DNA of 64,000 nt from a virus (lineage: Duplodnaviria > Caudoviricetes). The notes beneath the pieces were generated by a model. That model saw only the letters and a list, made by a program, of their open reading frames with translations. It had not been told where the DNA came from and made no database searches. The stretch is taken from positions 1 to 64,000 of the IMG/VR virus record IMGVR_UViG_3300020112_001004; one strand, written 5' to 3'. Shown here in pieces: positions 38,565 through 48,392 of the stretch. The stretch's first letter is position 1. Every line of letters starts with the position of its first letter. Position numbers and translations under genes: made by a program.

Positions 38565-40694
38565 ATGGGACTTAAAGTTGTAAAGAGAGACGGAATACTA
38601 GTAGATTTTGACGCAAACAAGATTGTTGAGGCAATATCAAAAGCTTGTAGAGAGGTTGGAGAAGAGGAGGAATTACTTAAACAGATTTCAAGACATATAA
38701 GTAGGGAAATTGAAAAAATAGCTGAACAAAAAAGAAAAGCAATAAAAATAGAAGAGATACAAGATTTAGTAGTAAAAATGTTAAAAGACACTGGATTTAA
38801 TAAAGTTAGTAAAGTCTATCAAGAGTACAGAGAAAGAAGGACGGCGATTAGAGAGGCAAATAGCAATTTACTAAAGAGTGTTAGGGGTGTAATAGATGGT
38901 AGTAACGATGACGTATTAAAAGAAAATGCTAATAAAAATGGTTACGTGTCTAGTATACAAAGAGATTTGGTAGCCGGTGAAATATCAAGAGCTATAGCTA
39001 AAACAATGATACCCGAGGATATAATACAAGCCCATTATGAAGGGCTTATAAAAATCCATGATTTAGATTACTATATGTCACCAATTCATAATTGTGGATT
39101 AATAAATTTACAAAGTATGTATACTAACGGAACTGTTATAAATGGCGTAAAAATAGAAACGCCAAAAAGTTTAAGGACAGCAATGAATCTTGCTACCCAA
39201 ATAGTGTGTCAAGTCGCTAGTCAACAATATGGTGGTAACACTATAAGCTTGGGACATATGGCGCCTTTTGTAAGAGTAAGTAAGAATAAACTAATAAAAA
39301 AATATAACAAATACCACTTAGACCAAGACACAAGAGATAGATTAGTCAACGAAGAATTAAAAGGGGAAATTAAAGATAGCGTACAACTGTTTAATTACCA
39401 ACTTTTAACTCTTAATAGCACCAATGGTCAAAGCCCATTTACAACTCTTGTAATAGATATAAACGAGGACGTTGAGTACACAGAAGAGATAGTAATGTTA
39501 GCAGAGGAATTCTTAAAACAAAGAATACAAGGAATGCCTAATGACAAGGGCGTATTTATAACTCAAACATTCCCTAAGATAATATATATGTTGGATGAGA
39601 ATAATATATATGAAAATTCTAAATATTATTGGCTAACCAGACTATGTGCAGAGTGTACTGTTAAAAGAATGGTTCCAGACTATATGTCTGTTAAAATGTT
39701 GATGAAGCACGTTGGGGCTAAAATTCCTACGATGGGATGCAGAAGTGAACTAACACCTTTATGGGACGAGGAAGGAAACCTTTTAAGTTGGGGAAGAGGG
39801 AACGTAGGAGTAACCACTATTAATTTACCATACGTGGCTTTATTGAGTAAAGAAGAAAACAGAGATTTCTTTGAAGTGTTAGATGAGAAATTGGAGCTAT
39901 GCAAAAAAATGGGTTGCTTAAGATTTGACAAACTAAAAGGGGTAAAAGCAAGTATAAGCCCTATATTGTGGCAACATGGTGCATATTTAAGACTTCAACC
40001 AGACGAAGAGATTTTACCACATTTAAAGAAATTATTTACAGTATCTTTGGGCTATAGTGGACTATATGACTGCGTAAAAGTTTTAACAGGTGAGAGTCAT
40101 ACCGACGGTATTGGTAAAGCCCTAGGATTAACAATAATGGAACACCTAGATGATAAATGTAAACAATGGAAAGAAGAAACAGGGTATTTATTCGGAGTCT
40201 ATGGCACTCCTATGGAGTCTAGTACGGACTGGTTCTGTAAAGCTATCAAAAGGAGATTTGGAGAGGTCAAGGACGTAACAGATAAAGGATATATAGTTAA
40301 TAGCTACCATATAGACCCTAGAGAGGAGATAGACGCTTTCACTAAGTTAAGTGTCGAGGCTGAGTTCCAAAAACACAGTTTAGGTGGTTCAATATCTTAC
40401 GTAGAAACACCAGATATGACTAAAAATATTGAAGCTGTTTTAGATATAATGAGGCACATTTACGAAAACAACATCTATGGAGAGTTAAATATAGAATGTG
40501 ATTATTGTGCAGAATGTGGAAGTTTTATGGTGGCAAACCTAGACGAAAACCAACATTGGAGCTGTGGGAATTGTGGATGTGATGACTATGACAAACTAAA
40601 TATAATAAGAAGATGTTGTGGTTATATTGCAGATATGAAACACGCCAACGAGGGTAGACTAAACGACGTAAAGGCTAGAGTAAAGCATATTTAA
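38565..40694 (+). CDS. nrdD: anaerobic (class III) ribonucleoside-triphosphate reductase
   Basis: ATP cone VVKRDG, IHDLD, NC, MGCRS, TPMES, CxxC...CxxC, RRCCGY glycyl loop. Confidence 0.95.
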   Translation: MGLKVVKRDGILVDFDANKIVEAISKACREVGEEEELLKQISRHISREIEKIAEQKRKAIKIEEIQDLVVKMLKDTGFNKVSKVYQEYRERRTAIREANSNLLKSVRGVIDGSNDDVLKENANKNGYVSSIQRDLVAGEISRAIAKTMIPEDIIQAHYEGLIKIHDLDYYMSPIHNCGLINLQSMYTNGTVINGVKIETPKSLRTAMNLATQIVCQVASQQYGGNTISLGHMAPFVRVSKNKLIKKYNKYHLDQDTRDRLVNEELKGEIKDSVQLFNYQLLTLNSTNGQSPFTTLVIDINEDVEYTEEIVMLAEEFLKQRIQGMPNDKGVFITQTFPKIIYMLDENNIYENSKYYWLTRLCAECTVKRMVPDYMSVKMLMKHVGAKIPTMGCRSELTPLWDEEGNLLSWGRGNVGVTTINLPYVALLSKEENRDFFEVLDEKLELCKKMGCLRFDKLKGVKASISPILWQHGAYLRLQPDEEILPHLKKLFTVSLGYSGLYDCVKVLTGESHTDGIGKALGLTIMEHLDDKCKQWKEETGYLFGVYGTPMESSTDWFCKAIKRRFGEVKDVTDKGYIVNSYHIDPREEIDAFTKLSVEAEFQKHSLGGSISYVETPDMTKNIEAVLDIMRHIYENNIYGELNIECDYCAECGSFMVANLDENQHWSCGNCGCDDYDKLNIIRRCCGYIADMKHANEGRLNDVKARVKHI

Positions 40695-40797
40695 ATATAA
40701 GGAGGATTAAATCCTCCACTACATAGTTACCTTTTAGGTAACAAATTAAAACAGCTTGTCTATAATATAAAGAAAATAATTTAAAAGGAGATTTATT

Positions 40798-40905
40798 ATG
40801 GAAGTAAAACAAATAATCTGTTCTAAGGACTCTCATATAGCTAAACAAAAACAAAACAACCCAGACCACAAGTTTTCAAAAGAAATAAAAATAAAAAATA
40901 ATTAA
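40798..40905 (+). CDS. 35-aa hypothetical peptide
   Basis: AGGAG RBS; between nrdD and nrdG. Confidence 0.4.
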   Translation: MEVKQIICSKDSHIAKQKQNNPDHKFSKEIKIKNN

Positions 40906-40928
40906 ACAATCTAAAAGGAGTGTTGTTA

Positions 40929-41447
40929 ATGAGAGTATCAAATATCCAATGGGTGGAGGCTACTAACTATTTAAATGTGGGTTGCACTATATTCTTTCAA
41001 GGTTGCTCATTATCCCCAAAATGTGAGAATTGTCACAATTATGAAATATGGAATCATAATGGTGGTCATGTGTTTACAGAAGAAGAACAGGATAAAGTTA
41101 TAGGGCATTGCAAAAAGCCTTTTATAAAAAGGCTTGTACTTTGTGGGGGTAATCCAAGTGACCAACTACATTCAGAATTAATAGCGTTTATAAAAAGATT
41201 TAAAAAAGAGGTTAACAAACCAGTAATAATCTTTGACGGATATACCTATGAGGAACTTCAAACAATGCCAGAGAGATTCGCAATAATAAGCGAGTGCGAT
41301 ATATTAATAGACGGTAGATTTGTTCAAGCATTATACGACCCTCGTGCTAGGTTCTTTGGTAGTCGAAACCAGAGAATAATAAACGTGCAAAAATCTCTAC
41401 GAGAAGAGAGAGTTGTTCTAGAAGATAATTTCCCTTGGTATATTTAG
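40929..41447 (+). CDS. nrdG: class III RNR activating radical-SAM protein
   Basis: GCSLSPKCENCHN, GGNP, DILIDGRF, GSRNQR. Confidence 0.92.
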   Translation: MRVSNIQWVEATNYLNVGCTIFFQGCSLSPKCENCHNYEIWNHNGGHVFTEEEQDKVIGHCKKPFIKRLVLCGGNPSDQLHSELIAFIKRFKKEVNKPVIIFDGYTYEELQTMPERFAIISECDILIDGRFVQALYDPRARFFGSRNQRIINVQKSLREERVVLEDNFPWYI

Positions 41448-41519
41448 GAGGATTAATTCCTCCAATACATATTTAATATGTACCCACTCTTTCGAGGGGT
41501 TAATTTAAGGAGTGTTTTT

Positions 41520-42815
41520 ATGGTAAATTATTTTAAAATTGTAGAAATTGTAGAGGGCTTAAGAAATACTACAAAGTCAACGGAGAAATTAGCTATACTA
41601 AAAGCCAATAAAGATAATGGGATATTACAAAAAGTATTAGAATATACTTACAACCCTTATAAAAAATATAAAATAACAGAAGATACTTTTAGTAAATATA
41701 ACAGCTTCAACTGTGATTTTGAAGATATATTTGATTTATTAAATCTACTTGCTAAAAGTAATATAACCGACTATTTAAAAAATGAGGCAGTTGGGTTTGT
41801 AAATCTAGCAGACCCACGATTAAGAGATTTATTTAAGTCTATGTTGGTCAAGGACTTAAGGATTGGTTGTAATGCTAAAACAATAAACAAGGTGTGGGAA
41901 GGACTTATACCAGAGTTTGGTTGTATGTTAGCAGAGAGTATATTTAAGAATGACAATATCAAAAAAATAGAAGGAAAAGAATTTAGTATCACCACCAAAC
42001 TGGACGGCTTTAGAATCCTATGCTTTAAAGAAAATGGTGAAACAGTTTTTTACACAAGACAGGGGCAAGAGTATATAGGGCTAGTTGAAATAAAAGAAGA
42101 TTTAAAAGATATACCAGATAATATAGTTATAGATGGAGAACTATTGTTAAAGGATATACCAGAGGATATGGAGAGTGGAGATGTATATAAAGCCACTTCT
42201 AAAATAGCTCGTAAAAAAGGTGAGAAGAGAGGGCTTTGTTTAAATGCCTTCGATATTATAGATAAAGAGGGCTTTTTCAAAGGTAAAGATTGTACTCCAC
42301 ACAAAGTGAGAAGAGAGAAATTACACGAGTTCATAGAAAATAACAATTTCAAATTCTTAAAGGAAGTTAAAGAGTTGTACAGAGGCAAGGATATTGATAA
42401 AATTTATGAACTATTAGATGAAGCCAGAGAGAACGGAGAAGAAGGGATAATGGTATCTTTATCTAGTGGTGTATATGAAACCAAGAGAAGTAAACAACTA
42501 TTGAAAGTTAAGATTATGCAGACTATGGACGTAAGAGTGCTTGAAGTTTATGAGGGAGAAGGAAACTTTAAGGGTATGCTTGGTGGCGTGATATTTGAAT
42601 TTGAACATGAAGGCGCTATCCATGATTGTAATTGTGGGAGTGGATTTTCCCAAGAAGATAGAATTAGATTCTGGAACAATAGGGACGAAATATTAGATAG
42701 AATAATAGAGCTACAATATTTTGAAGTAACTCAAAACAAAGACGGTGGATATGGATTAAGATTCCCCGTATTTAAAGGTATAAGAGATGATAAGACAGAA
42801 CCAAGTTATCACTAA
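41520..42815 (+). CDS. ATP-dependent DNA ligase
   Basis: TKLDGFR, DGEL, EGIMV, LLKVK, GSGFS, LRFPVF; start moved to ATG 41520 (41478 lies in motif B). Confidence 0.92.
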   Translation: MVNYFKIVEIVEGLRNTTKSTEKLAILKANKDNGILQKVLEYTYNPYKKYKITEDTFSKYNSFNCDFEDIFDLLNLLAKSNITDYLKNEAVGFVNLADPRLRDLFKSMLVKDLRIGCNAKTINKVWEGLIPEFGCMLAESIFKNDNIKKIEGKEFSITTKLDGFRILCFKENGETVFYTRQGQEYIGLVEIKEDLKDIPDNIVIDGELLLKDIPEDMESGDVYKATSKIARKKGEKRGLCLNAFDIIDKEGFFKGKDCTPHKVRREKLHEFIENNNFKFLKEVKELYRGKDIDKIYELLDEARENGEEGIMVSLSSGVYETKRSKQLLKVKIMQTMDVRVLEVYEGEGNFKGMLGGVIFEFEHEGAIHDCNCGSGFSQEDRIRFWNNRDEILDRIIELQYFEVTQNKDGGYGLRFPVFKGIRDDKTEPSYH

Positions 42816-42883
42816 AAAAAGTAACAAATTAAAATAACTTGTCTATAATATAATATAAAATAAATTACAAAGTGGGTGAATAA

Positions 42884-43540
42884 ATGGACATAGTGGTTAA
42901 AGAAATAGAGAAAAAGTTAACTTATGATTTTATATTAAATAAGCACTATGCAAAGAGGAAACCTAGTATAAGTTGGGCGTATGGATTATATATAGATAAT
43001 AATTTAGAAGGTGTATTAACCATAGGTAAACCAGCATCTAATTCACTATGTAAAGGTATATGTGGAGAAAAATATAGTAAACAGGTGTTTGAATTAAACA
43101 GGTTATGTGTTAACGAAGGATTGGAAAAAAATATATTAAGTCGATTTGTATCAAAAGTATTGAAGGATTTAAAGAAGCACAATCTAATAATAGTATCATA
43201 TGCAGATGAGGGTATGCACCATCATGGTTATATATATCAAGCTACAAATTTTATTTACACAGGAGCGACTCTTGGGAGGACAGACAAATATGTACCACGA
43301 GGTAAACACAGTAGGCACTATGATAAAGGAGACGAGTTTAGTCATCTAAGGGTTGTAAGAAGCGTGAAGCACAGATATGTATATATATGTGGAGACAAGA
43401 AATTCAAAAAAGAAATAATGCAGTGCATGAATTATAAGGAAAAACCTTATCCAAAAGGAAATAATGAAAGATATGTTTTAGGGGAAGAGCAAAAAAGATT
43501 AATATATAATAAAAAGACCCACGAGTATTATTATGATTAA
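42884..43540 (+). CDS. Mom-like (GNAT-fold) DNA base modification protein
   Basis: HYAK..P, ELNRL, VSYAD...HHGYIYQATNF. Confidence 0.7.
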   Translation: MDIVVKEIEKKLTYDFILNKHYAKRKPSISWAYGLYIDNNLEGVLTIGKPASNSLCKGICGEKYSKQVFELNRLCVNEGLEKNILSRFVSKVLKDLKKHNLIIVSYADEGMHHHGYIYQATNFIYTGATLGRTDKYVPRGKHSRHYDKGDEFSHLRVVRSVKHRYVYICGDKKFKKEIMQCMNYKEKPYPKGNNERYVLGEEQKRLIYNKKTHEYYYD

Positions 43541-43559
43541 AAAATAAATTAAAAGGAGA

Positions 43560-43811
43560 ATGAGTATGATAGAAAAATATTTATTACAAAATTTACCAAT
43601 AAAAATGATATTAGATGACGAGATAATAGAGGCTAATTATTCTGGCTGTGATTATGAAGGAGTGTTGTTTGCAAGTGTTACCACTTATACTAGAGCAGGA
43701 ATAATAAAATGTCATGAAATCAGTGAGCTTGACTTAGTTGTACAAGAGTTGAATCAAAAACTAATAAAGAGCAACGACTTTAAATTCTTTGTAGATGGGG
43801 AGGAGATTTAG
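43560..43811 (+). CDS. hypothetical protein
   Basis: 83 aa ORF with RBS. Confidence 0.65.
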   Translation: MSMIEKYLLQNLPIKMILDDEIIEANYSGCDYEGVLFASVTTYTRAGIIKCHEISELDLVVQELNQKLIKSNDFKFFVDGEEI

Positions 43812-43812
43812 T

Positions 43813-43884
43813 ATGCTTAAGTTTTCAATTTGTGTTTTAATCTGGGTGTGGATATATAAAGAGTTGACAGAAAAGGAGGATTAA
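43813..43884 (+). CDS. 23-aa hydrophobic peptide
   Basis: GGAGGAG RBS; stop overlaps motif-B hairpin. Confidence 0.4.
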   Translation: MLKFSICVLIWVWIYKELTEKED

Positions 43885-43941
43885 ATCCTCCAATACATAT
43901 TTAATATGTACCCACTCTTTAGAGGGGTTAATTTAAAGGAG
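43875..43941 (+). ncRNA. motif B copy (canonical form)
   Basis: GGAGGAT-TAA-ATCCTCC-AA-TACATA-TTTAA-TATGT-ACCCACTC-TTTA-GAGGGGT-TAATTTAAAGGAG. Confidence 0.8.
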
Positions 43942-43948
43942 ATAATAT

Positions 43949-44563
43949 ATGAAAATTGAAACTTTAGAAGTAAGTGGAATTAAAACAGCAATAAAGGGAA
44001 TGCGTAATCCGTTGAATAGTTGGCATTTATCAGATTCAGATTTAGATAATGGGATAATAGGCGAAAAGGATTTAGGGTTAGCACAAAGACTTGTCTTAGC
44101 AGGAACCGAACATGGTAAATTTATGAGACAAATTTATGTATCTTTTGATATTACAGCGCCTTTATATTTCTGGTCAGAGTTTGATACGTATCATTATAAT
44201 ACAAAAAACTCTTGCAGTACAATGCATAAATTAATGAGTAAACCAATAACACTTGATGATTTTGAGGACTGCAAAGGTAAATATTCTTTACTTAGTGATA
44301 CAATACAAGCAATAAATGTATTAATTAGAAGATATAAAGAGTCCACAGACCCAGAGATTAAAAGACAATTAAAAATAACAGCCAAATCAATTTTACCTAG
44401 TAGTTTTCTTCAAAAAAGAACAGTAAGTTCTAACTATCAAGAAATAAGAAATATTTATTTTCAAAGAAAAAATCATCAGCTTAAAGAGCTTTGGCAAGAC
44501 TGTTTCTGTGAATGGGTAAAAACATTACCATATGCAGAGGAGTTAATAATAATTAGTAAATAG
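43949..44563 (+). CDS. ThyX-like (flavin-dependent thymidylate synthase related) protein
   Basis: EHGKF, ITAPLYFWSEFD, NSCSTMH, LPSSF, QRKNH..EW pattern; canonical RHR motif not seen. Confidence 0.55.
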   Translation: MKIETLEVSGIKTAIKGMRNPLNSWHLSDSDLDNGIIGEKDLGLAQRLVLAGTEHGKFMRQIYVSFDITAPLYFWSEFDTYHYNTKNSCSTMHKLMSKPITLDDFEDCKGKYSLLSDTIQAINVLIRRYKESTDPEIKRQLKITAKSILPSSFLQKRTVSSNYQEIRNIYFQRKNHQLKELWQDCFCEWVKTLPYAEELIIISK

Positions 44564-44574
44564 GGGGTGGTTAA

Positions 44575-45069
44575 ATGAGCGCAACGCCACTACAGAAAGA
44601 AGCTTTAGAATCTATTTTATGGAATGAAGAGCATATATTGCCTCTTCATTGTTTCTATATTGGTTTCTTTCTAAACAATACCAATGACGAAACAATTAAA
44701 AACACCCTTATTCAGAATAACTTAAAAGATAAAGAATACCCACAGTATTATCACTATTATTTTGACTTTAGAAAATACGGTGAATTTATATGGGATTTAA
44801 AAGATTATTTTTATTCAGCCAAATCTGAAAAGGTAGAAATGGTGGAACAGTGTGGAATAATTGGAATGGACTATATAATAAAAGAGCTTGGGTATACAAA
44901 CCACTTATCTTCTTTTGTAGACCATATGGCAAAGTTGGGATATGTATATAGTGGGAAACACATTTTCAATGTTAAGTCCACCCTAGTTTTACTACAAAAG
45001 TATTTACAAACTCACTATGAAGAGGACGTAAAAACGTATGGTGACATTCTATTAAATTTAATGTTGTAA
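44575..45069 (+). CDS. hypothetical protein, ELYLE-tag family (variant)
   Basis: ends TYGDILLNLML. Confidence 0.7.
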   Translation: MSATPLQKEALESILWNEEHILPLHCFYIGFFLNNTNDETIKNTLIQNNLKDKEYPQYYHYYFDFRKYGEFIWDLKDYFYSAKSEKVEMVEQCGIIGMDYIIKELGYTNHLSSFVDHMAKLGYVYSGKHIFNVKSTLVLLQKYLQTHYEEDVKTYGDILLNLML

Positions 45070-45124
45070 GGTAACAAATTAAAGCAATATGATAATAATA
45101 TAATATAAGAGAGAGGAGACGCTT

Positions 45125-45316
45125 ATGGATAAAGAGTTGATGTTAACAAAATTAAAAAAACTAGAAAAGAAAAAGCTAGAAAAAAAAATGAGAGAGTTTA
45201 GGGAGGAGCTAATTGTAGCAATAGATTCTTTAGACTACCCTAAACAAAGTGAACTCTATGACAAAATAAACAACCACAGATATTTAATATATAAATTGAC
45301 ACAGGAGCTAAAATAG
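45125..45316 (+). CDS. hypothetical protein
   Basis: 63 aa, GAGGAG RBS, motif A upstream. Confidence 0.65.
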   Translation: MDKELMLTKLKKLEKKKLEKKMREFREELIVAIDSLDYPKQSELYDKINNHRYLIYKLTQELK

Positions 45317-45517
45317 AATAAACCCAAGAGGGTGTATTCACCTTCTTGGTAACAGGAGGTGAATATCATCATAAAAGCAATACTATTAATAGTAACAGTT
45401 GTAATACTAGATGGTTTAACTATGAAACTGGTGCTACTTTTATACGAGTGGCTTAGAAAAATGGGGAAATAAATTAATTCCCCATACATAGAAATAATTT
45501 AAAAGGAGTTTTTTGAT

Positions 45518-46012
45518 ATGAAGAAAAAAGATTTAATATTTCTAAAAAAGTTAAACAATGAAATAAACAAAATAAACAATAAATATGGACAAATGGATAT
45601 TAGAATAGAGTTCTCCCAAGAGGAAAATTCAAGACTAAATATAGCAAAAATAATAGAGCAAAATATAAATGTAACACAAGACAGGGTGAGAATATCTCAA
45701 TCACACATTAAAAGCAGAGAATATACAGAATACTGCGTAGACCTAGTTTCCGTAGCACTGGATATATATGGTGGCTTAGGGTTCTTTTGGCATAAGATGA
45801 GAAAAATTGAAGGGCTGTCAAATAGGAATATAACAGCACTAAAAAGAAGAGACGAAGATAAAAATAGTAATATATACAGAGGAATGTATTTAATAACTTT
45901 GCTTCCATTAGTTGTTTGCATTTTCGCAAATGGTATCATTCAAAAAACAGGATTAATATTATCAATGATATTTTTAATAATAACCTTGGCTAGTAACAAA
46001 GGAGTTTCCTAA
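45518..46012 (+). CDS. hypothetical protein with C-terminal transmembrane helices
   Basis: two hydrophobic segments at C-terminus. Confidence 0.7.
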   Translation: MKKKDLIFLKKLNNEINKINNKYGQMDIRIEFSQEENSRLNIAKIIEQNINVTQDRVRISQSHIKSREYTEYCVDLVSVALDIYGGLGFFWHKMRKIEGLSNRNITALKRRDEDKNSNIYRGMYLITLLPLVVCIFANGIIQKTGLILSMIFLIITLASNKGVS

Positions 46013-46074
46013 AAAAGTAACAAATGGTATAATATTAATAATAATATAATATAAGTAAAATGGGGGTAGATAAT

Positions 46075-46767
46075 ATGGGTAAAATAGGATTTATAAGAGA
46101 AGAAGAAAACAAGAATAATGACAAGTCTAAGAAAGACGGATTAAGACTAAAGAAATTAGAAGTTGAATTTATTGGAAGAGAGAAAGAAATTGCACCAAAA
46201 AATATAGAGATATTAGAAGAAGAGATAAATAACGCAGAAGTGAAAAAGCCTAAGAAGAAGAATAGAATTAATAGGAAAATAGTGAGTGTCTTAGTGGAAA
46301 ACGGGATAGAGGAAAAGTATGCAAAAGAGATATCAAGGAGTAAAGAAGAAAGTGACAGGTTCTTAAAACTAATAGAGAACAAAAAGGAAAATGAGCTGGA
46401 AAACGGTTCAAAAATAATTAAAAGCAAATTCACAACAAGAGAAGAAGAGGAGGATAGGTTGTTCTTTTTGGACAATAGGATGGACAGGCTTAACTCAAAA
46501 TTATTTGATACAATAGGTAGATTAGAACAACCAGTAACCAATGAAATTTTAATAGACAATATTTTAAACAATAAGCCAATAATTGTTGATAAAGTTTTTG
46601 AAAAAGAAATGAAAAAGGTAAAATCAATGTTACATGAGTATAAAGAAATAGTCCAAGAGGTTATAGACATTCAAAATAAAATAGATAAAAATAAACGTTT
46701 GATAAATGTTGACGAACAAAAAAATTTATTAAAGATGTACGAGTTAGCTGTTAAAAAGTTTGAGTAA
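46075..46767 (+). CDS. hypothetical coiled-coil protein with N-terminal KIGFI
   Basis: same upstream/RBS and N-terminus as 10875 ORF. Confidence 0.7.
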   Translation: MGKIGFIREEENKNNDKSKKDGLRLKKLEVEFIGREKEIAPKNIEILEEEINNAEVKKPKKKNRINRKIVSVLVENGIEEKYAKEISRSKEESDRFLKLIENKKENELENGSKIIKSKFTTREEEEDRLFFLDNRMDRLNSKLFDTIGRLEQPVTNEILIDNILNNKPIIVDKVFEKEMKKVKSMLHEYKEIVQEVIDIQNKIDKNKRLINVDEQKNLLKMYELAVKKFE

Positions 46768-46841
46768 TGGGAGGTTTCCTCCCGATACATATTTATTATG
46801 TACCCACTCTTAGAGGGGTTAATTTAAAAGGGGAATGTGAT

Positions 46842-47078
46842 ATGAGTAAAAAAGAAATTATAAAAGAGTTAAAAGAGTTTATAGAAGAGATAAATGACGC
46901 TTCAAAAATATTAAGGAGAAAATATGGCTTAAGAGAAGCAAGAGCTTATATATCAGAAGTTTTTATGGACTTGTGTTTTGATATCGTTCACTTAGGTTTA
47001 GAAGGTGAAATATCTATTACAAGAGATTTTAGTGAAACTAGAATAATATTAAAGTGTTCTGAGGAAGTAGATGAGTAA
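46842..47078 (+). CDS. hypothetical protein
   Basis: start moved to ATG 46842 after RBS; the 46767 start reads through motif B. Confidence 0.65.
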   Translation: MSKKEIIKELKEFIEEINDASKILRRKYGLREARAYISEVFMDLCFDIVHLGLEGEISITRDFSETRIILKCSEEVDE

Positions 47079-47080
47079 TC

Positions 47081-47518
47081 ATGGACGTGAAGTATACTAT
47101 TATAAGTAATACACTACAATCCTATACTAATATAATTGGGGAGCTTTGGGTAATAGGATATCTTTTAAAATATAAAAAAATTAATGAACTAAAGAATGAC
47201 TACGAACTACAAAGTGTAAACGGATTCAAACCAACAGTTTCTACGATATTAAATTTAAATGATTGGAGATATCTGGACACAGTTAATCATGGAATGTTTG
47301 GCAGAGATGGAGAGGATTATAAAGCAATATATAATGATTTAACGGATTATGGTATTAGATACATTTTTAGCAATTTTAAAAGAGATGAACTTGAGGGGTT
47401 TTTTAGAGACTTTTATAGTGGGCTTAGATTTCATAAAACAATATGTCAAAGAATAATAAACTATATAGAGAACAATAAGGAAAAATACCCAGATATTTTT
47501 CTTGAGTTGAAATTATAA
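47081..47518 (+). CDS. hypothetical protein, ELYLE-tag family
   Basis: ends KEKYPDIFLELKL. Confidence 0.75.
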   Translation: MDVKYTIISNTLQSYTNIIGELWVIGYLLKYKKINELKNDYELQSVNGFKPTVSTILNLNDWRYLDTVNHGMFGRDGEDYKAIYNDLTDYGIRYIFSNFKRDELEGFFRDFYSGLRFHKTICQRIINYIENNKEKYPDIFLELKL

Positions 47519-47534
47519 GAAAGTGGGGAAACAA

Positions 47535-48311
47535 ATGGCGAATAAGTATTATGCTGTTAGGAGCATTGATGGGAGAAAAGTGAGACAGATTTTTGAAGAT
47601 TGGGAAGATTGTAGAGTTTATGTAAAAGGTCATAAGGCAGAGTATAAAGGCTTTAAACTATTAGGCGATGCCGAGGAATATTTAGAGGAAGAAAGCGAGT
47701 TAAAAATATTCGACCCTAATGTTCATTTTAAAAAAACAATAATGTGCTATGTTGATGGGAGTTATGATGCAAAGACCGATAGGTACAGCTATGGAATAGT
47801 GATGATGTTAGGCAATACATGTATAGATATGATTACTAGGGTATTTGAAACAAACACTGGTGAAAGGAATATTCTAGGGGAACTAGAAGGAGCATTGTCA
47901 GCAGTAAGAATCGCTAAAAATAAATATAACGCTAACAAAACGGTGGTCGTTCATGATTATTTAGGCATTCAAAATTATATAACAGGAGAATGGAAACCTA
48001 AATCAGATTCTGCCAGAGAATATAAAAAGAAAATGGAAAACCTAATGAAAAAAATTCATGTTAAATTTAGATGGGTTAAGGGACATGAGTGCGAATGTTT
48101 AGGTAACGAGTTAGCAGATGTGTTAGCAAAAAGTTGTTTAGGTATTAAATACACCTTATTACCAGTAAATAAGATATTGGGAGAAAACAATTTAATAATT
48201 AGGAACAATGTTTTACCTACAGTAGTTAAGTTAGGGTTAACCAAAGTGGAGCTAGACAAAGAGGAGATTATACAAGAATATTTAAAGGGACAGGAAGAAA
48301 ACGAGGAATAA
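47535..48311 (+). CDS. ribonuclease HI with N-terminal hybrid-binding (viroplasmin-like) domain
   Basis: KYYAVR...W.DC...VKG..A.YKGF; YVDGSY, GELEG, HDYLG, WVKGH...NELADVLAK. Confidence 0.88.
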   Translation: MANKYYAVRSIDGRKVRQIFEDWEDCRVYVKGHKAEYKGFKLLGDAEEYLEEESELKIFDPNVHFKKTIMCYVDGSYDAKTDRYSYGIVMMLGNTCIDMITRVFETNTGERNILGELEGALSAVRIAKNKYNANKTVVVHDYLGIQNYITGEWKPKSDSAREYKKKMENLMKKIHVKFRWVKGHECECLGNELADVLAKSCLGIKYTLLPVNKILGENNLIIRNNVLPTVVKLGLTKVELDKEEIIQEYLKGQEENEE

Positions 48312-48392
48312 AAAGATTGATAGAACAGGAGGGTTTTCCTCCTATTACATAACTCACTAAGGTGGGTAATAATATATTAAGGAGTGTTGTAA

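Noticed and set aside
41478-41519. ORF-track start of the ligase (and likewise 46767 for the 103-aa ORF)
   Set aside because: These extensions are translations of motif B; RBS-supported starts are at 41520 and 46842.
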